This document shows, piece after piece, positions 40,701 through 49,700 of a stretch of 64,000 nt of DNA (the first letter of the stretch is position 1; each line of letters begins with the position of its first letter). The stretch covers positions 838 to 64,837 of the forward strand of contig JALONK010000003.1 in NCBI GenBank assembly GCA_025454975.1, in the 5' to 3' direction. Made by a program: the position numbers and the translations under genes. The notes below the pieces were generated by a model that worked only from the letters and a program-made list of their open reading frames with translations, did not search any database and was not told the origin of the DNA. The DNA is from Bacteroidia bacterium (GTDB taxonomy: Bacteria; Bacteroidota; Bacteroidia; UKL13-3).

Positions 40701-43700
40701 TGAATTTAGCTGCCCGGTGCGCATGTTAATTACATTGTTCAATGTACTTGAACCACTTGCATAGTTTATGAATATACCATAAAATGTATTGCTATCTAAT
40801 TGGTTTGCTCTTACAACTAATCCATTTGCATAAGGAGAGGTAGTAATACCTGAGAAACAAATGCCATAATAACCATGGATAATTATGTTACTATCAATTA
40901 CAATATTGTTTGCATTAATACCATTACCCATAGGGTTTTGAACATTGTTTTCATTATTAATTAATACGCCTATAAATCCAAGGTTGGTTGAGCCAAATGC
41001 AGATGAACCAAATGTGATTATATTTTTGGTAATATTAGTGTTGGAAGAAGTACCTGATATATGAACAGGATTACCAAAATTGCTACCATTTGAAATAATA
41101 GTCATATTCCTAACAATTACGTTTGGCGTATTGGTTATTCGAATCGTATGCGCAGAAGTATTTATTGTTGGAGTAAATTGCAAAGTTACTAATGACGGAT
41201 TTACGCCATCAAATGTGATTGTGTTGATAGCAGATACTCCACTTACATTAGTTATATTCACTTGCTCTGTATACACCCCGGGAGATACAGTAAATACGAC
41301 CGGACCTGCAATTCCTCCGCAATTTATTACACCTGCTGCTTGAGTGAAAGAAATGAAATTATTAATACCGGTACCGCTAGGGTTTATCGTATAATTACCG
41401 GCAGGAAGCATTGGGCAAGTTTGTACAGTTAATGTATCATTGTTTCGGTTACCATCTGGCTGCGCATTTGGTGTTTCACTCCATACTTTTATTTGATAAG
41501 AAACACCACTTACAAAGGTGAAATTTGTGGTTGATATCGTTAGTGATATAGTATCACATGGAGCTAAATTTCCTGTATAACTAAATGTAACCGGTGCCGA
41601 ATTGTTGATGCTATATTTAAGTACTGCTGTAGTTATATTATTCGCACCGAAATTATTTAACCTTACATTTATTGGATAAGACCCCGGACTAAATGGAATA
41701 AAAGGACTGTTTAAAAAAGTAATTCCGATATCATTGTTAATCCCACCGGTAAATTCGTAAGCACCAATATCAGGAGGTGATAAGCGTGGATTGCCATTAA
41801 CATCATTTGTTACCGTTGGTATGGTTACACCATCAATACAAGCATTTGTTAAATTTAAAGATGTATTTGACACGAAAGCAGGATTTACATTCCTACTGTT
41901 TGCGTTAAATCCTCCTCCATTAATATAGTTCAAATTATTATAAGATGTACCAACTATACTTAATAAGGTTGAAGCAGCGCTGTTAAAATAATTATTATGG
42001 TTTAGAGTAGTTATTTGATTTGCCGTTGCCGCTTGAAACGGAAGTCCCGAACTTTGGCTTGCTGCCTGTATAAACTGATTATTCCTTATATCTAATTGTA
42101 GACAATTAGAAACTGAGGCTACAGAATTCGACTCTGCATTGGTTGATTGACTAACCACAAATGTATTAAACCATACATCCCAATAATATCCATACTGCAT
42201 CAGTAAGGCATTAGCTTGATTCGATCTGAAGTTTCCACCAACAACATTATTAATAAGTCGGCTGCGATTTGAGCTGGCATTATTATAAGCGAACCAAATA
42301 TAAAAACCATATTGTCCGGCATGATATACTTGGTTATTAGTAATTGTAATAATATTGGTTGATTGAGCAAAACAGTTGGATAAATAAATACCTGCCGAAT
42401 TATTCGAACCCGTTTGTCGCATATTTACCGTATTTCTATCTATTACTAACCTATCAGTAAACTGATAAAAGGCTCCATAAAAGAATGAACTATCAATACG
42501 ATTTCCTCTGGTAAAAATGTTATTGGTATAGGTTGAGGTATTTCCATAAACATAAATACCATAATAACCACTACGAATAATACAACTATCAATATAAATA
42601 TCAGCAGAATTGATTAAACCTGTACTCGGACTAAAGATATTTGTAGAACCAGATACTAATGCTCCTATAAATGATGTTGCTGTTGAAGTTGGAGCTCCAC
42701 CTGCTACATCTAAAATACAATTACTCACATAAACATTATTTGAATTATTGGCGATTTGAACAGCACCACCCAGTGATGAACCTGTACTTCGTATGGTTAA
42801 GTTTCTGAGGGTTACAAATGATGTATTTTCAAATTTAACAACAAATCCGGCTGTATTTAAAGTAGTGTTAAACTCAATAATCCGATTTGATGCACTATCA
42901 CCATTAAACGTGATGGTATTAATTGCAGATGCACCATTAATTAGTCCAATATTAAGTTGTTCGTTATATGTTCCCGCAGCAACATTAAATACAACTGGTC
43001 CACTAACTCCACCGCAAGTTAACGCTGTTAAAGCATTCGTAAATGATGTAAAATTATTGGCACCACTTCCACTAGGATTAATGGTATAGTTACCTGATAA
43101 GAATACACAAGTTGGTCCAAGTATCGCAGTATCATTTGTAATATCCGGATCCGGTTGAAGATTTGGTGAAGTAGTATAGGCTTCAATGGTATAGGTAACT
43201 CCTGATAAGAATGTAAATTGATTTGCCCCGGTAAAAACTACCGTTGTGGTATCACATGGATTTAATGAGCCTGACCAGGCTTGAATTCTAGGTAAACCTC
43301 CATTTACTCTGTAAGCAACTGTTGCAGATGTTAAGGTATTAGAGCCAAAATTTCTAATAACAACCCTTACGTTTTGTGAACCCGACGAAAAAGGAGCAAT
43401 TGATTCAACACCAACATCGTTTAAAAATGCCGTTGCTTCATCTGCACCATAATTTGTTAATGAACTTCTTACATTTCCATCATAATCTGTTGTTACATTA
43501 CTTAGCCTAACTGTTCGGCCTGCACAAGCATTTGTTAAATGTAAATCAGTATTAGAAACAAAACCCGGATTGATATTTAAGGCAACAGAATTGTATCCTC
43601 CTCCTCCAATAAAGTTTTGTTGTGTGTATGTAGTGGGTTGAATAAATAATAATTGGTTGCCACTTGCCGAACCTTGACGGAAATATATATTTTGATTTAA

Positions 43701-46700
43701 AATAAATGCACCTGTTGGAACATTCTGAACGAATACAGGTAACCCTACACCTGCAGAAACAAAGATGTTGTTTCTGACATCAATATTACTTCCACTTGAT
43801 AAATAAAATGCACCAAATTGATTACTAGTTGTGGTAAAATCAACATTTACACTGTTATGGAAAAAGTCGAACGACTGAACACTACTGATAAACATGCCAT
43901 AACTATTTGTACTTCTAAATCCACCACCAATCATGTTATTTGCACATAAACTTTTTGTTGTGCCACCACCACTGGTTATGTAAATACCTCCCTGTCCTGC
44001 ATTGGTAATTTTATTTGCTAATATCTGATGTGACGTTCCACTTAAACTATTAAAGCAATTAATCATATACAATCCATATCCATTTAAGCTTCCTGTTGTA
44101 CGTAACTCAATTTCATTATTGTTAAAAGTTAGTCCTTCATAATAATAAAAATATGATCCATACAAGAATGCATTCAACATACGATTACGTCGGTATTGAT
44201 GTTGAGTTGAGTATGGTGTATTAAAAGTACCATATGCATAAAGGTTGTAATATCCCGAGTTGAAAGTGTTACTATCAATTTCTAAAAAGTCAACTTTACT
44301 CATGCTGGTGGGAGATGTAATATTTGTTGAATTCGAAATTAACATCCCAATAAATGATGTTGATGTTGAACTCGCCCCCGTTGTAATATTGATATTACAA
44401 TTTTTTACAGCAGCATTATGACTCGAACCACTTATAAATACAGCAGCGCCATTCGAACTTCCGGATGCATTAATGGTTAAATTTCTAAGCTGTATAAATG
44501 GTGAATTGTCAATCCTTACTGTCCAGAAGTTAGTTGTAGTATTAGCAGCAGTATCAATAATTCTTGTTGATGCATTACCTGTTCCACCATCAAAAACAAT
44601 TGGTCGAACTGCAGAAGCACCATTTATTGCAGGGATATTAACTTGCTCGTTATAGGTACCGGCTGCTACCTGAAATGTTACACGTCCGGATATGCCAGCA
44701 GTTATTAATGCTTGCACTGCCGCTCTAAAACTTGTATAATTTGTTATTCCTGTTCCTGAAGAATTTATTGTATAAACTCCATTAAGTCGTGGAATGCGCG
44801 GACCAATGATAATACTGTCGTTAATTTGATTGTTATCCGGAACACCATTTGGATTATGAATAAACACTTTAAATGTTGTACTAATTCCACCTGCTATTAA
44901 TGCTCGTTTACTTCCCGACATAATTATCCTTAGCGTGTCATTAGGACCTAAATTAATACCGGTCAATAAGGTATCTTGAAGATTTAGGTTATTTACAGTA
45001 TGACGTAAGTTAAAGGAATTGATAGTAGTTGACCCAAAATTTCTAACTAAAGCAATAACATCACGTGTACCACTTGATAGAGAAGTATCAGGAGAAATTA
45101 ATTGAACAATACCTAAATCGTCACTAAAACCTGAACCTATTTCATAGGCTCCAATATCAGGAGGATTATTTCTAAATGAGTCTTGTATGTCATTGAATAC
45201 CGAACTGATTTGAATTCCATTATTATTTGTTAGTGTAGGAATCAATTCTTCACCAACTGTATAACCCGAATTATTACTGATTGAATTTAATCCGCCAAAG
45301 TTTTGATAATTTAAAGGTGTATAATTAATTCCTGCAACTTGAATCAAATTAGTAGGTGTACCGGCTTTAAAATAATTATTGAAATTTAATGCAGGCGTAA
45401 AGGTTGTTCCACTAACCGATCTAAATGGTAAATTATTAACTCCCGATAACGAATCGGTGACAGCTAAATTATTATTTCTAAAATCAATCCCTGTACCTGA
45501 TGCAAAATATGCGGCAGCCGAAGTGGTTGAACCCACTGCATTATTACGCAGCAAAACAGAATTAAAGTAAATATCCCAGTTATTAGATGATGTAAAGTGG
45601 ATACCTGAAGGTGCTGTATTTCTAAATGTTCCTCCAATGCTATTATTAATAAGCTGGGCCCTGGTTGTTGTAGCAGTTGATGAATTTACCTGAATTCCAA
45701 ACTGGCCGGCATTAATTATTCTATTTCTATTAACTTCAGTAAAACCTGTTGCATTACTAATTACAGATGTTAAAAATATACCCCACGATGTGGTTGATAC
45801 CGTTCTCATCCTAATGGTATTCGTATTCAATTTCGGTGCTATAATATTACTTACATACAAACCGTAATTGTCGGCATTGGTTAATAAATTATTCCTGAAA
45901 ATAACATTATTGTTGGTACCATTACCGGAAAAATAAACATTAGAAAAACCGCCTGATAATCTACAGTTTTCAATGAGTAAATTATTGAATGTAGCAGTTG
46001 ATGTCGGAGAAGTTTGACTTCCACTAGCTACTAATCCTATAAAATTATTAGATGTTCCATTAAAACCCGTACCTTGAATTTGAACATTAATATTTCGTAA
46101 CACAAGTTGATTGGTATTACCAAATATATGAATAGGCCAAGCTAAGGTTGCACCGGTACCTCTAATGGTTAAATTTTGCATGGTAATAAATCTTGTGTTA
46201 TTAAATAACACAGTATGTCGAGCACCATTTAATGTTGCCGCGAAGGTTATAATTCGTGTTGAATCATTACCTAATCCACCATCAAAAACAATAGAATTAG
46301 TTTGCGAAATACCCGGTATATCACCAAACTCCAGTTGGCCTGAATAAGTTCCTTGTAATACATTAAATGTTACAGGTCCCGAAATACCTCCACAATTTAA
46401 CGCCTGCACCGCAGAGGTAAATGTGGTAAAAGTAGTAGGGCCTGCTACGCCTCCACTATCAATGGTATATGCACCATTTAATGAAACACATAATGGCCCG
46501 TTTGTTATGGTATCATTTAATAAATTACCGTCGGTTGATGAATTTGGATTTGAACCATATATCGTAATGCTATAGGTAAAACCCGGTAAAAAATTAAACC
46601 TTTGATCAGTTCCACCCGCACCGCTGGTTGCATTAAACTCAGCCACTGCAGAATCGCAAGGGTTTAAGTTCCCGGTCCAAGTGGTACTTTGAACAGCCCC

Positions 46701-49700
46701 CCCATTTATGCTGTAATGAATCGAAGCATTTGTTATTGCGGTATTTCCATTATTTCTAATTAAAACGCGAATATTTTGCAAACCACCTTGCAAAGGAATA
46801 CTAGGTTGTATAAGTTCTGTTACAGCCAAATCATTGGCTACAGCATTAATATTTTCATAAGCACCAATATCAGGTGGATTACTGCGCAGATTACCTTCTA
46901 TATCAGTGGTAACACTGCTTATCCATTCGCCATGATTACAACGTAGCGCAGATCTTAGATTGATATTTGATAAATAAGCAGGATATACATTTACTGAATT
47001 AACATTAAATCCTGCCAATCCTTTATAATTCGCAGAACTAAGATTATTTCCATTCCATTGAATTAATCGCAATTGATTTGGCTTATAATAATTGTTATAG
47101 TTGAGTGAAGTATATTGATTGGTATTATCACTCCAAAAAGCAAAAGCTGTTGAAGCAACATTGGTTACAGCCAAATTATTGTTTCTAACATCTAGTCCCG
47201 TGTTATTACTTTGAATACGTAAAGCAGCAGACGTTTGTGTTGTTGAAATATTATCCATCAACACACTATTAAACCATACATCAACATTTATATTAAAAAA
47301 GTTCAAATAAATACCTGATGCGTCTGTACTTCTAAATGTTCCACCTATCACATTATTCATAACCCTTGCACGAAGATTTCCGGTACCTCCTTGCATATAA
47401 TATATATTTAAACCGTATTGACCGGCGTGCATTACCTGATTGCCTATGATTTCTTTACCATAAGCGCCATTTGACAAAGGAAAGTTAGCGAAAATTCCAC
47501 TTGAATTTATCGACCCGGTAATGCGCATATTAACCGTATTATGATTCATGCGAAATGCTCGAGTGTAATAGGCATAAATACCGTTTTGATTTGCATTATT
47601 GATGGTATTCCAACGGATATTTATATCTTCACTATTCTGCCCATATAACCAAATACCATTATTACCACCGGTAATACTGTTACTATCAATTTCTATATTA
47701 CTAAATGTGGCACTGTTAAATAAGGATGTAGAACTGTTGGATGCAACTATACCGGTAAAATTATCACTAGTTGCATTTACACCATTACCACCAACAAAAT
47801 CAACAATACAGTTTTTGATTTTTATATTATTAACATTATTACCGAATAAAAATATTGGCCACGCAAAAGCTGTACCGGTTCCTCTAATAGTTAAATTTCT
47901 CAAAGTAACAAATGATGAATTATTTAACCTTATGGTGTGTGATTCTGCTTGTGAAGTTGCTGCGAAGGTTATTATACGTGATGCCGCATTGCCTTGACCA
48001 CCATCAAAGGTAATCGTATTCGTAGCAGAAGCTCCTGCAATTTGTCTGAGCGTTATCTGCTCGTTATACGGTGCAGTGCCCAGTACATTAAATAATACCG
48101 GACCGATAACACCTCCACTGTTTAAAGCAGCCGCAGCACTTGTAAATGAAACAAAGTTTGTTGGCCCCGCAGGTGAAGCCTGATCAATTGTATACGTACC
48201 TGTTAAACCCGAAAATATCAAAGGCACTGAGGAAGTATCATTAAATATATTTCCATCTGTTAATCCATTAGGTAAATCAGAAAATGCTTTAATTTCATAA
48301 GGTGTGTTAGGTAAAAAGTTAAACTGAGCACCGGCTGAGAATGTAAACGTTGTTGACGCACAAGGAGCAATGCTACCTGTGAATGGGAGGGTTACCGGAG
48401 TAGCACCATTTATAATATAACTTACATTAGCAGAAGTGATTGTATTAGAGCCATAATTCCTTAATGTTACTACTATATTTTGTAAACCGGGTGAAAATGG
48501 CAGAACAGGCGCTGTTAGTACTTCAACACCTAAATCATTAGTAACCGGTATTACCTCAAATGCTCCTAAATCAGGGGCAGTAGTACTTCTAGAAACTGAG
48601 TTAATATCAGTTGTAACAGAAGCTATAGCTGTTCCATTGTTACAAGGATTAAATGGCATTAAGTTAGTAGAAGATATAAATCCGGGATTTCTACTGATTG
48701 AATTTGCGTTATGGTTATTATTATTTATAAAATTACCTACTGTTAATGGTGTACCACCATTCCAAATGATTGGGTCATTAGTATTAGCTCCTGCCTTAAA
48801 ATAATTATTGAAGTTTAATGCCGCTGATGAGGCAACAGCAAAATTATACCCATTAGGCATAAATAATGTCCACGCGGTTGAGTTATTCCCAGTAACAGCA
48901 AAAATATTATTTCGTATATCCAATAATGTTGAACCTGTTGTACAGCAATTACCAATAAATAAAGATGCATTTTGCGTTCCGGTTGTATTTAAGTCTAAAT
49001 TTACCGAGTTGTGAAAAACATCCCAATTGTAAGAATTACCGGTAAAATTTATACCAACGGCAGATACTGTATTTCTAAATCCCCCACCAACTGAATTATT
49101 AACTAATAAACTTCTTGTGGTTGCCTGTCCGGTTGAACTTGAAATATTTATACCAATACTTCCAGCTTGTATTATCCTATTTGAGATGATTTGATGCGCG
49201 TTACTCGTGGTTGTTGAGGTATTTGTGAAATTAATACCTATACCATTAATATTACCTAGTGACAATAAATTTATAGTATTGCGATTTACTTGAGCAGCAG
49301 CTATACTCTGTACCTGAACACCTATAGAAAATGTACTGTCAATTTTATTCCCTCTTATGAATATACCTGTATTGCTTCCGTTACCTAAAAAATAATTACC
49401 AAACCCTCCTAAAATTGTATTACTATCTAATTCAACATTAGTAATTGAGGTACCTGCACCGGTTGGACTAGCAGTACTGTTGTTCATAACCACACCACAA
49501 AAGTTGGTTGAGTTGTGAACAGTAAATGCTGTAGTAAAACGTATTATACAATTTCTAACAATAGTATTGGAGGATATATTAAAAATATGTAAAGGCCATC
49601 CAAAACCTGTACTTCCCGATTGAATTGTCAAATTCATTAACCGAACAAACTGCTGGTTGTTTATTCTTACAGTAAAGGCGGTTGCCAATGATGTTGAACC

